Assembly: GCA_963693365.1 (NCBI GenBank)
Contig: CAVNZM010000003.1
Span: forward strand, 1,700,768-1,764,767
DNA from: Amoebidium appalachense
Taxonomy: Eukaryota > Protista > Ichthyosporea
DNA length: 64,000 bases
Reading direction: 5' to 3'
Shown: positions 63,957-64,000 of the stretch, piece after piece
Numbering within the stretch: position 1 is the stretch's first letter
Layout of the letters: every line of letters starts with the position of its first letter
Notes under the pieces: model-generated
Told to the model about the DNA's origin: nothing
Database searches by the model: none
What the model saw: the letters and a program-made list of their open reading frames with translations, nothing else
Position numbers and translations under genes: made by a program

Positions 63957-64000
63957 CGCGCGCGCACACACACACACACACACAGCGAGATGTGCGGGAC

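Overview
Eukaryotic genomic DNA with spliceosomal introns packed with poly(C)/poly(G), (CA)n and (CT)n tracts. Almost all ORFs in the supplied track are shadows of these repeats, so I rebuilt the real genes by hand from splice sites. Reconstructed genes: a 2-exon C14orf119/DUF4508-like gene, a 7-exon secreted and C-terminally membrane-anchored Agd3-like (CE18) polysaccharide deacetylase, a Peptidase M60/TCAF-like metalloprotease, a ~21-exon CPT1-like carnitine acyltransferase (minus strand), a decayed pepsin/BACE-like aspartic protease, and the 5' part of a ClC-2-like chloride channel. Mobile DNA: a tyrosine-recombinase element in which a gag-like ORF is followed directly by the recombinase (runs off the left edge), two 5'-truncated LINEs of one clade, a TIR MITE, a short dispersed repeat, and a complete ~1.23-kb non-coding composite retroposon with a 16-bp target-site duplication, a 41-bp VNTR, structured ends and an A-tail. 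Animal-like genes together with a cell-wall-type deacetylase suggest a unicellular holozoan such as an ichthyosporean; this is inference only. All family assignments come from remembered motifs, not database searches.
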